From Candidatus Bathyarchaeota archaeon (lineage in GTDB: Archaea; Thermoproteota; Bathyarchaeia; 40CM-2-53-6): a stretch of 64,000 bases of DNA. Positions 49,092 to 58,730 of the stretch are shown piece by piece. The notes beneath the pieces were generated by a model. That model made no database searches. It saw nothing but the letters and a program-made list of their open reading frames with translations, and was not told the DNA's origin. The stretch is from positions 6,298 to 70,297 of the forward strand of contig VBAW01000025.1 of assembly GCA_005888635.1 (NCBI GenBank). Reading direction: 5' to 3'. Position 1 is the first letter of the stretch. The number at the start of each line of letters is the position of its first letter. Position numbers and translations under genes: made by a program.

Positions 49092-49937
49092 GTGAAAAAA
49101 CGGGAGTTGGAAAACGTGAGCAACATTCTAGATAGGGCCTCGCCCCTTTTTGACGTACGGGTCCATTATGGCAATGATCCCAATCAGTTCGCCGAGCTTA
49201 GGTTTCCCAACGTAAAAGGATCGTTTCCGCTACTCTTCGTTGTCCATGGAGGGTTCTGGCAATCCGAATATGACCTATCGCACATCGGACATCTCTGTGC
49301 CGCCTTCACTTCCAGAGGGATAATCACCTGCAGTATAGAATACCGGAGAATCGGGAACCCTGGTGGCGGTTGGCCTGGAACTTTTCAGGACATTGGTCTT
49401 GCAACTCGTAGCATTTTCCGAGATCTGTCGAATGATTCACGCTTCGACCAGGCTCGGACAGCCATAATTGGGCATTCTGCAGGGGGTCATCTAGCCCTCT
49501 GGTTGGTTGGCAGTCACCGAATCAGTAAAGACTCGCCTCTTCACAACGAGCAGAAGCAAGAAATCAGAAGGGCGATCTCGCTCGGAGGAGTGTCCGACCT
49601 ACGTTCCGCGTGGAAGAAGAAGCTGGGACGCGGTACCGTGACACGGCTCATGAGTGGAACTCCGGAGGAACACCCAGACAGGTACGATGCCGGCTCACCA
49701 ATCGAACTTCTTCCAACAGGCGCGAGATATGCACTAGTTCACGGGACAGACGATGATACCGTCCCCCTTTCCCAGTCCGAGGCATTCGTCGAGAAAGCAG
49801 AGAAACTAGGCGACCAATCTACACTGGTCAAGCTTGATGGCATAGGCCACTACGAGCTCATTGACCCAGAATCAGAAGCATGGCAACCGGTAGTTAGAGC
49901 TGTCCTGTCTCTACTAGACTTGGATCAACACCGGTAG
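49092..49937 (+). CDS. Alpha/beta hydrolase (esterase/arylformamidase-like)
   Basis: 281 aa. Oxyanion-hole VVHGGFW, nucleophile elbow GHSAGGHLA, C-terminal Asp/His (HGTDDDTVP, GIGHYE). Confidence 0.7.
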   Translation: MKKRELENVSNILDRASPLFDVRVHYGNDPNQFAELRFPNVKGSFPLLFVVHGGFWQSEYDLSHIGHLCAAFTSRGIITCSIEYRRIGNPGGGWPGTFQDIGLATRSIFRDLSNDSRFDQARTAIIGHSAGGHLALWLVGSHRISKDSPLHNEQKQEIRRAISLGGVSDLRSAWKKKLGRGTVTRLMSGTPEEHPDRYDAGSPIELLPTGARYALVHGTDDDTVPLSQSEAFVEKAEKLGDQSTLVKLDGIGHYELIDPESEAWQPVVRAVLSLLDLDQHR

Positions 49938-50033
49938 CGGTCCGCCCGCTCTGCTATTCGAGGCCTTAGCCAATCGTATGTAGAGTTTCGGGTTGGAGGT
50001 CTATCAGGAAGATCTGACGTTCTTAGCCACAAG

Positions 50034-50579
50034 TCAAAGTTTTGAGACCATCTCAAACAGGATGTTGGTTGTCTTCCAGTTCCGAGTCGTAGCCTTCACT
50101 AACAGCGCTTTTTCGATTGCACTGTTGGAGAGTTTGGTCCGACCATACCCACCAGGACAGTACAAGTAGATTTCACGAGGGATTGCGTAAATTCGGTCTG
50201 GGCTCATTGCGAGTGTTTCCAGTTTTTTCTCGGAGCCTCTTTGGGCGGCTTCCGAGAGAAAAGTAACATGCAGCTTCGAGGAATCGATGCCCTTCTCTTT
50301 CAAGAACGGATTACTCGCGATAACATTTCCTATTTCCTTTGATGTTCTGACAAGGACGGGTGTGTCGAATCCGAAGGATTGGAAGATTGTTTTGCCGATA
50401 CGTTTCGAGAGGGTTGCGGAATTTTCTGGCGCGGTTTGAAAAACTATGTTTCCACTCTGGACATAGGTCTCCACGTTCCGAAAGCCGAGACCTTGGCAGA
50501 GTCCGCGAAGAACGTCCATCTTGATTGTGTTGTGTCCGCTGACGTTGACTCCTCGCAACATCGCGATGTAGGCGGCCAT
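50034..50579 (-). CDS. DUF1697-domain protein
   Basis: 181 aa. N-terminal AAYIAMLRGVNVSGHNTIKMDVLRGL.. matches the DUF1697 start region. Confidence 0.6.
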   Translation of the reverse strand: MAAYIAMLRGVNVSGHNTIKMDVLRGLCQGLGFRNVETYVQSGNIVFQTAPENSATLSKRIGKTIFQSFGFDTPVLVRTSKEIGNVIASNPFLKEKGIDSSKLHVTFLSEAAQRGSEKKLETLAMSPDRIYAIPREIYLYCPGGYGRTKLSNSAIEKALLVKATTRNWKTTNILFEMVSKL

Positions 50580-50793
50580 ACTTTGTACGTGATCGAGATG
50601 CTCTAATTGGAGTTCGCCATGGTGAAATCGTCCACAAAAAGTCCGGGGCCTATCGATTTCCCTCCGGACGGTCCGAACTAGCTTGTTAGGTGATACAGAG
50701 CTAGGAAAACGGCTTTTATCTAATTGGCGCGAAAAGTAAAATGTCTTATACTTCTATCTTCGTGCCATTACAGAGGAGTATAGGCGCGTTTAC

Positions 50794-51336
50794 TTGAGCG
50801 ACGATATGGCGGATATCAGGAAAGAGCTGCGGGAGGAGATCAGGTCGCTGAAGGATGAGGTCCGGCGACAAGTCTCCCAGGCTATCGAGAAGTCGGGAAA
50901 TGGTTCAATCAGAGTTGACCTTAACAAGGACGACGTGGCTCAGACAGAGCCTTCCTTTGTTGTCGTCAAGGACCTTGTCAGACAGATTCGCGAGAACGTC
51001 AAATCAAGTCTAGCCATGAGGGGCGAGATTGCCGTCGACGAACTTGTCGATAGCATGCCCGAGACCACGGCAGCCGACCTCCTAAAATCTCTGGCTAACA
51101 CTGACCGGCTAAAGATGGTCAAGATGCTCTACTCGACAAGGAAGACATTCTCAGACTTCAAAACAGCCACTTGCCTCGAAGCAGCCTCGGTCAATAATCA
51201 CTTGAAGAGCCTGCTGAATATGGGACTCGTTTCGCACAGCGACGAAGGAGGCTACGAACTTACAAAGAGAGGGAGACTACTCGTTAGGACTCTGGCATTG
51301 ATGAGCGAGGCACTTGGAGGAGAACAGATTGATTGA
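50794..51336 (+). CDS. Putative winged-helix (ArsR-like) transcriptional regulator with N-terminal coiled-coil
   Basis: The C-terminal region reads as helix-turn-helix plus wing: MVKMLYSTRKTFSDFKTATCLEAASVNNHLKSLLNMGLVSHSDEGGYELTKRG. The N-terminus is a charged heptad-like segment. Confidence 0.45.
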   Translation: MSDDMADIRKELREEIRSLKDEVRRQVSQAIEKSGNGSIRVDLNKDDVAQTEPSFVVVKDLVRQIRENVKSSLAMRGEIAVDELVDSMPETTAADLLKSLANTDRLKMVKMLYSTRKTFSDFKTATCLEAASVNNHLKSLLNMGLVSHSDEGGYELTKRGRLLVRTLALMSEALGGEQID

Positions 51337-52585
51337 GATAGGACGCGACTCTGCAATGTCGCTAGTGTTCAGGAGAATCGCAGGCACGTTCAGTGGCCTG
51401 TCAGTACTCCTCGCTCTAGTCTGGTTGATACGAGGACCACTCGGAATACAATCATCCTCTACTACCCTACTGCTCACTGCCTTCGGCCTATTTTTCGCGG
51501 GCCGAGTTCTTCGGACTGAGACTAACTCTGGGGTGGGCAGAGCACTTGTCAGCTTCCTCTGGAACCTCACAGCCGGATTCGTCGGGATCATATTGTCGAT
51601 CTGGATCCTCGGCTGGATCGCGTCGTTGCAGTCGAGCATCTTCCCAACCACGATCTCTAGCTGGGTCCCGGACCTTGTCATCGGAGCAATCGCGACGGGT
51701 CTCGGAGCATACGCTGTGCAAAAGTCCGGCCTTGCAAAAAGGGCGGTGAAGCCGTTTCTGGTCGCCGAAGGCAGAGGTCCCACAATGAAAGGAACCAACC
51801 TAACCGTGAAACAAGACACGGTCGGAATGCCAATCAGACGTGAAGGACGGACCATCGGCTGCGTACTACTCGGTGAAGTATCAACCTCATTCAAGACCCC
51901 GATGGGAATTGTGAGCGCATCGCTTCCGGGTCCCGTCACGACAGTCGGAATCCCGTTTCAAGGACAAACCGTGACCAACGATGAAGCTCTGAAAATGACA
52001 GGGAGAGAACCTAGTCAGCTGATCGAAGAGACCACTTCGCGCGCAGCGAATGTGGATGTTGGACGGATAAGGATCCGCGACGGGTGCATGGGGGACCGGT
52101 GGAAGATAGGTCCACTCATCTTCGACTGGGACGGGGACGGGGAGCACCATCCCAAAGAGAGATGGTTGGCGAAGGGGACTGGCAGCGCGTACGTTACAAC
52201 CGACGGCCACCGCTCCACTGCAAAATGGAACGGCAGCACCCTTTCACTCGGGGATGGCTCAATGGAGCTCGCGGTCGGCTCCGACAGCTTTTCCTACTCT
52301 CCGACAGAAGTCAAGACTGCTTCACCACTTCACTCGCTTCATGTCACTCAGGACAGGATTACACTTGACACTCGAAAGTTCACACTGAAGATCCTAGGGG
52401 ACAATGTCGTTTTCAGGACTGAAGACAAGACCAGCAGAACAGAATCTAAGGCACTCGCCAACGACCTGAGGGCGCTCCTTACCGAGACGGCGAAGAAGCA
52501 GGTGAAGGATGTGATGGAAGAAACCCCAATTGACCTAGTCGAGATGCTGAACACGACAGAAGAGGTACTCGCGAAATATGATTGA
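51314..52585 (+). CDS. Membrane protein (4 N-terminal TM helices plus about 270-aa soluble C-terminal domain). Hypothetical; overlaps the 3' end of the upstream regulator gene by 23 nt.
   Basis: Hydropathy pattern read from the sequence. No recognisable catalytic motif. Confidence 0.4.
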   Translation: MEENRLIEIGRDSAMSLVFRRIAGTFSGLSVLLALVWLIRGPLGIQSSSTTLLLTAFGLFFAGRVLRTETNSGVGRALVSFLWNLTAGFVGIILSIWILGWIASLQSSIFPTTISSWVPDLVIGAIATGLGAYAVQKSGLAKRAVKPFLVAEGRGPTMKGTNLTVKQDTVGMPIRREGRTIGCVLLGEVSTSFKTPMGIVSASLPGPVTTVGIPFQGQTVTNDEALKMTGREPSQLIEETTSRAANVDVGRIRIRDGCMGDRWKIGPLIFDWDGDGEHHPKERWLAKGTGSAYVTTDGHRSTAKWNGSTLSLGDGSMELAVGSDSFSYSPTEVKTASPLHSLHVTQDRITLDTRKFTLKILGDNVVFRTEDKTSRTESKALANDLRALLTETAKKQVKDVMEETPIDLVEMLNTTEEVLAKYD

Positions 52586-53684
52586 GGAACCAGCAATGAT
52601 AGCCGAACCAAAGCCACTGGAGACAGGACTCATGAAAGCGATCGTCCGCGAACGTTTCGGATCACCAGACGTTCTCCAGATCAAGGACGTGGAGAAACCA
52701 GCTCCGAACGAAGTACGTGGAGTATTGGTAAAAATCTATGCGTCCTCCGTGAATGCCGCAGACAAGCATGACATGAGAGGAGCTTCGCTCGTGATACGCC
52801 TTGTCGGGCCCCTGTTTCGACTAAGCATGGGAGTCCGCCGGCCAAAAGAGCCCGGACTGGGCACTGATTTCGCTGGCGTAATACAGGCAGTAACTAATAA
52901 CGTAACTCAGTTCAAACCAGGAGACGAAGTATACGGCGTAGCCAACGCCGCTTACGCAGAGTACGGTCTTGCACGTGAGAGCAGGATAGCCTTGAAACCG
53001 AGCAATACTTCGTTCGAACAGTGTGCAGCGGTACCGATCGCCGGATTTACGGCTCTACAAGCTCTCCGCGACCATGGGCACATCAAACCCGGTCAGAAGG
53101 TGTTGATCAACGGTGCAGGCGGTGGAGTAGGAACTTTTGCCGTTCAGATTGCCAAGGCATTCGGAGCCAGAGTCACCGCCGTGACCAACTCGGCGAATCT
53201 AGACATGGTCCGCAAGCTCGGCGCTGATCAAGTTATCGATTACACTCAGGAGGATTACACCAAGAAGGGGGAAGCCTATGATCTGATCGTGGAGATTGGA
53301 GCGTCTCATTCCATCTCTGACTACAAGCGCATAATGAATCCGAATGGCACCTTTGTCCTCGTCGGCTTCAAAGACAAGATCGTGAGGCGTCTACTCTATT
53401 TCATAATCAGAAGCCGATTCGCGTCGCGCGGAGACAAGAAGTTCACGTTCTTCATCGCAAAATCAAACCATGACGACCTCGTCGTCCTGAAGGACCTCAT
53501 CGAACAAGGAGACATCATTCCCGTGATCGATAAACGCTACCCCTTGACAGAGACAGCCCAGGCTATTCGCTATTTCGAAGAAGGACGCACCAGAGGAAAA
53601 ATAGTGATCACTGGAGACCATGACACCGACAAACCAGTCTGGTCCGACTCTCACAAACCGCCCGGGAGGGGAACATCGCGATGA
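52578..53684 (+). CDS. Zinc-type alcohol dehydrogenase / quinone oxidoreductase (MDR superfamily)
   Basis: 368 aa. GroES-like N-terminus, Rossmann motif NGAGGGVGTFAVQIAKAFGARV. Confidence 0.8.
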   Translation: MIEEPAMIAEPKPLETGLMKAIVRERFGSPDVLQIKDVEKPAPNEVRGVLVKIYASSVNAADKHDMRGASLVIRLVGPLFRLSMGVRRPKEPGLGTDFAGVIQAVTNNVTQFKPGDEVYGVANAAYAEYGLARESRIALKPSNTSFEQCAAVPIAGFTALQALRDHGHIKPGQKVLINGAGGGVGTFAVQIAKAFGARVTAVTNSANLDMVRKLGADQVIDYTQEDYTKKGEAYDLIVEIGASHSISDYKRIMNPNGTFVLVGFKDKIVRRLLYFIIRSRFASRGDKKFTFFIAKSNHDDLVVLKDLIEQGDIIPVIDKRYPLTETAQAIRYFEEGRTRGKIVITGDHDTDKPVWSDSHKPPGRGTSR

Positions 53685-54624
53685 TTCTTGTTATTGGTGG
53701 TTTGAACGGTTTCATAGGTTCGAACACGACAGAAGCGCTAGTCGACTTGGGCCAGGACTGCGTTGTCACACGGCACAAGAATACGGACGTTCCTGGTTTC
53801 CTTCAGAAGCATATTGATCATCACCGCGTGTTTATCGAACCTGCGGACTCGACTTCAATCGCGGACCTTCGAAAGATAGGCCAGAAACACCAAATCGAAG
53901 GCATCGTCAACGTCGCTGGAGGCTTCGCCTCAGGGGAGGCCCTCTGCGCGGTCTCAGAGGATACTTCGACATGCTCGACGCCACTTTCCGAGTCGCCCAG
54001 GAATGGAAAGTCGAACGGGTCACATTCTCGAGTACAGGAGGAATGTACCTCGGGCTTTCGGGAACGGTGGACGAAGAACATCCTATTGCTCTTCAGAGTA
54101 TGTTCCCTATTCTTGCGTATCAGAAGATTGTCGAGGTGGCCGCAGAACAGTTCGCAAAGAAGACAGGGATAAGCGCTATCTGCGTACGGTTAATGGGAAT
54201 GTTCGGACCTTTTGACGGTGCACAGCTCGGTCTCCCAGCACGTCTCGTCCATGCGGCTGTAAGCGGAAGACCGCTGAGCTTCAAGGACGTATTTTTCGGT
54301 AACGCAGACGATGCCGTAGATCTCTTGTACATCAAGGACATGGCACGAGCGATCGCACTGCTTCAGATCGCAGAGAAGCTCCAATACGACGTCTACAACA
54401 TAGCCTCGAGCAAGGTCACACCCAATAGAGAACTGGTGGACGCGGTCAAAAGAGTGGTCCCGGACTTCAAAGCAGACCTTCCCCTTGGACGCTATCCATT
54501 TCCACCACTTCCTCTTCCGGATACCAAGCGGCTACAGGCGGACACCGGCTTCTCGCCGAAGTTCGACACTCAGTCGGCAATTCAACACTACGCCGACTGG
54601 CTCAAGGCTGGAAACCCCAAGTAG
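53681..54624 (+). pseudogene. NAD-dependent epimerase/dehydratase, split by a single frameshift near 53955-53968 (ORFs 53681..54172 and 53971..54624)
   Basis: ORF1 has the Rossmann IGGLNGFIGSN and ..IVNVAGGFASGE, then dissolves into non-protein-like sequence. ORF2, in the -1 frame, continues with the expected epimerase blocks (..FDMLDATFRVAQEWKVERVTFSSTGGMYLG, YQKIVEVAAEQFAKKTGISAICVRL). The start overlaps the upstream stop (ATGA). Confidence 0.55.
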
Positions 54625-54676
54625 CCCAGATACTTAACGATCCGGCCGGTCAAGCAAGGTTAGTGTTTTAGAAGCG

Positions 54677-55324
54677 CTAGCCTGTCCAAGGTGGGAGTTT
54701 CAAAGCACGCTCATAGGCTGCACGGTCATGCACCGGTTCACGGTCGCTGTGTGAAATGATGACTTGCTCGAATGGAAGCTTGAGCAACTCTCGCAGCGCT
54801 GGCAACGCTCGCTTCTCATGCCACGGTGAAGACCAGACCCGGAGGACTCCAGCTCGTTCTGTCAATGCGTCTCCAAAAACTATGACCCGCTGTTCGGGCA
54901 GCCAGAGAGGTGTCTCTAGCCGCCCTCTTCCATCGTAGAGGGCGACAACGCCTCCAGGAAGCACTCCGTCTGATTCGAGTATCTCCAGCTTGCTCTTCGG
55001 AACGTCGTCGGGCCAGAAGAGTCTCGGACCGAAAGCGCGGACCCGATAGCGACTGACGAAATCATCGACGTCCCGCACGTGGTCAGGAATTGTTACCGCG
55101 GCTATGGTAGGCGGCCGACTGTCCAGTCTCTTCCACAATTCTTCGGCGGACGCTTTGGGGACGAGCGGGTCAATCACCAGACTCTCGCCTCCCGATTCGA
55201 CATAGGTTGATGTCACGATCGGCTGCCAGTCATCGCCAGGCTTCCAGTGATGATGTTCCGCACGCCAGATCCATAAGCGATTTGCTACATCGCGAATCTC
55301 GACCTTGCTGGTCATCGACTGCAT
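54677..55324 (-). CDS. Hypothetical protein
   Basis: 215-aa ORF with good coding statistics. No confident family. Confidence 0.3.
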   Translation of the reverse strand: MQSMTSKVEIRDVANRLWIWRAEHHHWKPGDDWQPIVTSTYVESGGESLVIDPLVPKASAEELWKRLDSRPPTIAAVTIPDHVRDVDDFVSRYRVRAFGPRLFWPDDVPKSKLEILESDGVLPGGVVALYDGRGRLETPLWLPEQRVIVFGDALTERAGVLRVWSSPWHEKRALPALRELLKLPFEQVIISHSDREPVHDRAAYERALKLPPWTG

Positions 55325-55395
55325 GATAAGATTGTGAGATCCAGTATATGAGATAAGTATTGAGGCGTGCTACGCCGGCAGATTAGTGAGAGCAT

Positions 55396-56079
55396 TCAGA
55401 TCGGCCTTCTCATTACAACAGTGGCTGTTCTGCCGGTCGAAAGGGGTGCGATCGTCTTGAATCCAACCTTTTCGAACATCTTGACTGTTCCACAGTACAT
55501 GTAGTTTGATCCTTGATCAGTCTTACTCACGGGATAGGCTTCGACGAGCCCCCCGCCCTTCTTCCTTATCGCTTCCAGCGCCGCTTTCAACGCGACGCTA
55601 GCTACACCGCGTCGCCGATGCTGTTTGTCGACGACAAAGCAAGTAATTCTCCACAATCTTTCTGTACCACCTTCGAGGGCAAGTCTTCGATAGTTCTGAG
55701 TATTGTCGACACGAGGAAGCTCCTCCCTAGGCCCATATTGGCACCATCCTACCGGTTCTCCCTTTGCATAAACAAGGATCCCGTGGGCACATCCTTTCTC
55801 CACGAGCTCTGCTTTCTGCCGATGGTTTCTCACCGCTCTCTCGGCCCGGGTCCGCGGCTGCTGGTTCTCAGGCAAAGAGTAGGATGACACGTGATGATGC
55901 ATGCACCAACACCACCAACCATCCCCTACCACTCCTTGCTTCAGGAAGAGCTTTTCAAAATCAGACCAAGTCCGCTTCGACAATTCCTTCGTGGAATACT
56001 CTGCAGGAAACTCAGCGGACATTCCAAACCCACGATTATCCCCAACCGGACTAAAACCGTATCGATTAATGTCGATCAA
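55396..56079 (-). CDS. GNAT-family acetyltransferase
   Basis: 227 aa. C-terminal HRRRGVASVALKAALEAI (motif A). Confidence 0.6.
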   Translation of the reverse strand: MIDINRYGFSPVGDNRGFGMSAEFPAEYSTKELSKRTWSDFEKLFLKQGVVGDGWWCWCMHHHVSSYSLPENQQPRTRAERAVRNHRQKAELVEKGCAHGILVYAKGEPVGWCQYGPREELPRVDNTQNYRRLALEGGTERLWRITCFVVDKQHRRRGVASVALKAALEAIRKKGGGLVEAYPVSKTDQGSNYMYCGTVKMFEKVGFKTIAPLSTGRTATVVMRRPI

Positions 56080-56155
56080 TCGTGATTCGTTCGGTGTCCC
56101 CCCGGGATCCGACGCAACAATGCTTATTCAGATTCAGGTGTAGAATGAGAAATCG

Positions 56156-56980
56156 TTGCAAAAAATCATCGACGCCCACGTGCACCTGTCTGAACGGCAA
56201 GACGATGCCCTCATCCGATTCGCACAGGTGAACGGGCTGAGATACACCCTAGATGAGTTGCTTGGCACCATGGAGAGGTACGGGATCATGCGCGGTCTGC
56301 TTCTTAGCCCGCCCCTGCAAGGAGCAACCTCCCTTCCAAACGACAAAATCATCACACTGTGCACACGGAGCGATGGGAGGCTCGCGCCCGTGATTACGGT
56401 AGAGCCCACCCCCAAAGACGTCAAGGCCGCGCTCAAGCTCGCCGAGGAGAACAAGAAGGAGGTCAAGGCCTTCAAAATCAGGCTGGGTTACGTGAAGGCA
56501 TCAGCGCAAAGCCCCGTGTTCAACGGGTTATACGATTATGCTGAATCAGAGAGGCTCCCAGTGCTCTTCCACACCGGAGACACAGCGTTCAGCACAGGGG
56601 ACCTTGTGCACTCGCATCCGCTGACACTTGACGGACTCGCCAACAAGAGAGAGGGACTCACCATTATCCTCTGCCACTTTGGCAATCCATGGTTTGAGGA
56701 TGTCGCGGAGCTCATCTACAAACACCCGAATGTCTACGCGGACATTTCCGGATTGATTACGGGGAGTAAGGGATACGCCGAGAAGTATGTAGAGTGGCTT
56801 GCCAAGAAGATCAGCGAAGCTATCTACTTTGCTGGCGGCGCAGAGAAGATAATCTTCGGAACCGATTACCCAGTCACGAAACACTCCGAAGCATTAGATC
56901 TAGTGAGGAGATTGGACGTAGAGGAAGTTGACAGGGAGAAGATACTTTGGCGCAACGCCGAGCGAGTCTTTCGCCTATGA
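56156..56980 (+). CDS. Amidohydrolase-family (metal-dependent TIM-barrel hydrolase, amidohydro_2-like) protein
   Basis: 274 aa. N-terminal IIDAHVHL metal-binding HxH, later His (ILCHFG) and Asp (GTDYP) ligands. Confidence 0.7.
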   Translation: MQKIIDAHVHLSERQDDALIRFAQVNGLRYTLDELLGTMERYGIMRGLLLSPPLQGATSLPNDKIITLCTRSDGRLAPVITVEPTPKDVKAALKLAEENKKEVKAFKIRLGYVKASAQSPVFNGLYDYAESERLPVLFHTGDTAFSTGDLVHSHPLTLDGLANKREGLTIILCHFGNPWFEDVAELIYKHPNVYADISGLITGSKGYAEKYVEWLAKKISEAIYFAGGAEKIIFGTDYPVTKHSEALDLVRRLDVEEVDREKILWRNAERVFRL

Positions 56981-57468
56981 CCGCGAAGGAGGATATCGCG
57001 ATCATAGACATTCCGACGAGGGAACGGGCTGGCTTGGAATGGATACTAGAGGAGAGTTTCGAAGGATGGTACCTACTGCATTCGAAAAAGACCCTTCGAG
57101 ACATTGAAGTGGTCAGAGCCGCAGTGTCGTTGGGCAAGCCAGTCGGGTTGGTCATGTTGAAAACCCTAGAAGGGAGCACCGGGTATGTGTACTACATCGC
57201 CGTAGCAAAGGCTCACCGGAAGAGAGGCATCGCGAAACTGCTTCTAGAGGACGCCCTTCGGCGCTTCAGAGTCTCCCGCATGAAAGAAGTGTTCGCTAGC
57301 GTGGAAAAGAACAACAAACCTTCTGAAGCACTTTTCGTGTCAGAAGGATTCACACCGACGAGCTTCAGCGAAGTCTCCAAGAGACATGGGAATCTTCACA
57401 CACTCAACATGTACAGGGAGATGCTAGTCGTTCCTGGCGAGGTCTTGTTACGCAAAGCGATGGCCTGA
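56947..57468 (+). CDS. GNAT-family acetyltransferase
   Basis: 173 aa. Motif A YYIAVAKAHRKRGIAKLLL. Overlaps the upstream gene by 34 nt. Confidence 0.7.
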   Translation: MAQRRASLSPMTAKEDIAIIDIPTRERAGLEWILEESFEGWYLLHSKKTLRDIEVVRAAVSLGKPVGLVMLKTLEGSTGYVYYIAVAKAHRKRGIAKLLLEDALRRFRVSRMKEVFASVEKNNKPSEALFVSEGFTPTSFSEVSKRHGNLHTLNMYREMLVVPGEVLLRKAMA

Positions 57469-57474
57469 GCTTCT

Positions 57475-58653
57475 CTATCTCTTGAATTTAACTGAAATCT
57501 TGGCCGCTTGATACTCAGCGTAATTTGCGAACTCTTCTTCAATTGACCTTCTTTCTCTAGCTATCAAGGGTCGTAGCGGGCTTACATTCGCTGTCATGCC
57601 TGCGCGATCTTTCTTCCTCTTCCAGGTTGCCGCGACAAATCCATCGAGAAGAATTGTTCGGTTGACTGCGGCGAAGCTCCCAAAGACGTTCTTGATCCTA
57701 TCGTGAGTGAGGAATCTGGATTTGTCCCTGTATCCCATCATCAGGCTGTCAAATTCAGGAAGAATAGTCACTCTGGGCGGTTCAACTGGCTCGCCTGAGT
57801 CTTCACCAAACGAAAAATATTCTCTGCTCGAATGGAGATTCTCCTTGGTCAGCTCCTTCTCCAAAGCATCTAGGGCTTTGTCTACCTGGTCCTTTCGAAG
57901 GAACGACCAGTACAGAATGTCTTCGCGAGTTACTGGCCCGTAACGTTCGATGTACTTGCGAACCAACTCAACCGTGCACTCTTCCGGGTCGAGAGGGGTG
58001 CGTGGCGCGGCAAGGTAGTCGGCTGATCCCATCCAGAGGCTCTCAGAACCTTTCCTTCCAGCATTGACGAGGAGACCAAGATAAGACATCTCCGACATAC
58101 CCGTCCACGATGGCCCGTGGGTCGGCGTGCTTGACCATCCTCTTTGCAGTTTCATTCTGCTTCGCAGACCATGTTGTGTTAGCCTTTCAATCATGAACTG
58201 CTTGACTTCGTTTGACGTTGCCGCTCGTCCTTTGATGTGATCCAGGAATGGCTGGTAGAGAAACCGGACTCTGAAATCTCGGTCGGGAATGCCACGTTTT
58301 TTTGCCGTCCTGTCGAACCAGGGTTGGAAGCGTCTGCCTGGGCCACCGAGCACGTATACCCAGTAATCCTTTGAAGGAATGGTGTGCATCGTGCTTCTGA
58401 CAGTCCAAGTTCTGACAAGACCTCCCCTGGGTCTGAGCTCGGATGTAAGGTCCGAGTCCCGGAACCCGTCTACCCGGGCCCAGAACGATGAGTAGCTTTC
58501 GAGAAGGTCCTGAGAATTCATGCCGCAACATGCTTCCGCGACCTTCACGGCAGCGCGTGGCCCTGAAGCTTTCCGGGAGAGATATTGTGAAGTCAAGAGC
58601 CTTCTGTTAAGAGCCCTCAAGACTGGCGAATCCAGCCAACTCGAGAGATTCAC
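57475..58653 (-). CDS. Winged-helix DNA-binding domain protein of the YcaQ/AlkZ-like family (putative DNA glycosylase-like)
   Basis: 392 aa. N-terminal LLTSQYLSRKASGPRAAVKVAEACCGMNSQD... and the MHTIP segment resemble the conserved N-terminal region of YcaQ/AlkZ-type proteins. The call rests on pattern memory only. Confidence 0.45.
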   Translation of the reverse strand: MNLSSWLDSPVLRALNRRLLTSQYLSRKASGPRAAVKVAEACCGMNSQDLLESYSSFWARVDGFRDSDLTSELRPRGGLVRTWTVRSTMHTIPSKDYWVYVLGGPGRRFQPWFDRTAKKRGIPDRDFRVRFLYQPFLDHIKGRAATSNEVKQFMIERLTQHGLRSRMKLQRGWSSTPTHGPSWTGMSEMSYLGLLVNAGRKGSESLWMGSADYLAAPRTPLDPEECTVELVRKYIERYGPVTREDILYWSFLRKDQVDKALDALEKELTKENLHSSREYFSFGEDSGEPVEPPRVTILPEFDSLMMGYRDKSRFLTHDRIKNVFGSFAAVNRTILLDGFVAATWKRKKDRAGMTANVSPLRPLIARERRSIEEEFANYAEYQAAKISVKFKR

Positions 58654-58730
58654 AGATGTAGAACACTAGGGCAGAGACTTATGCATTAAACAGCATGCGT
58701 AGTAACGTGATGGAGATCCGCTCGATCCTG

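Noticed and set aside
48688-49126. 90- and 72-aa minus-strand ORFs upstream of the aldolase-trp operon
   Set aside because: No motifs, poor coding appearance. The region reads better as a leader/promoter.
51277-51939. 220-aa minus-strand ORF antisense to the 51314-52585 membrane protein gene
   Set aside because: No domain features and compositionally odd; the sense-strand reading gives clean TM helices.
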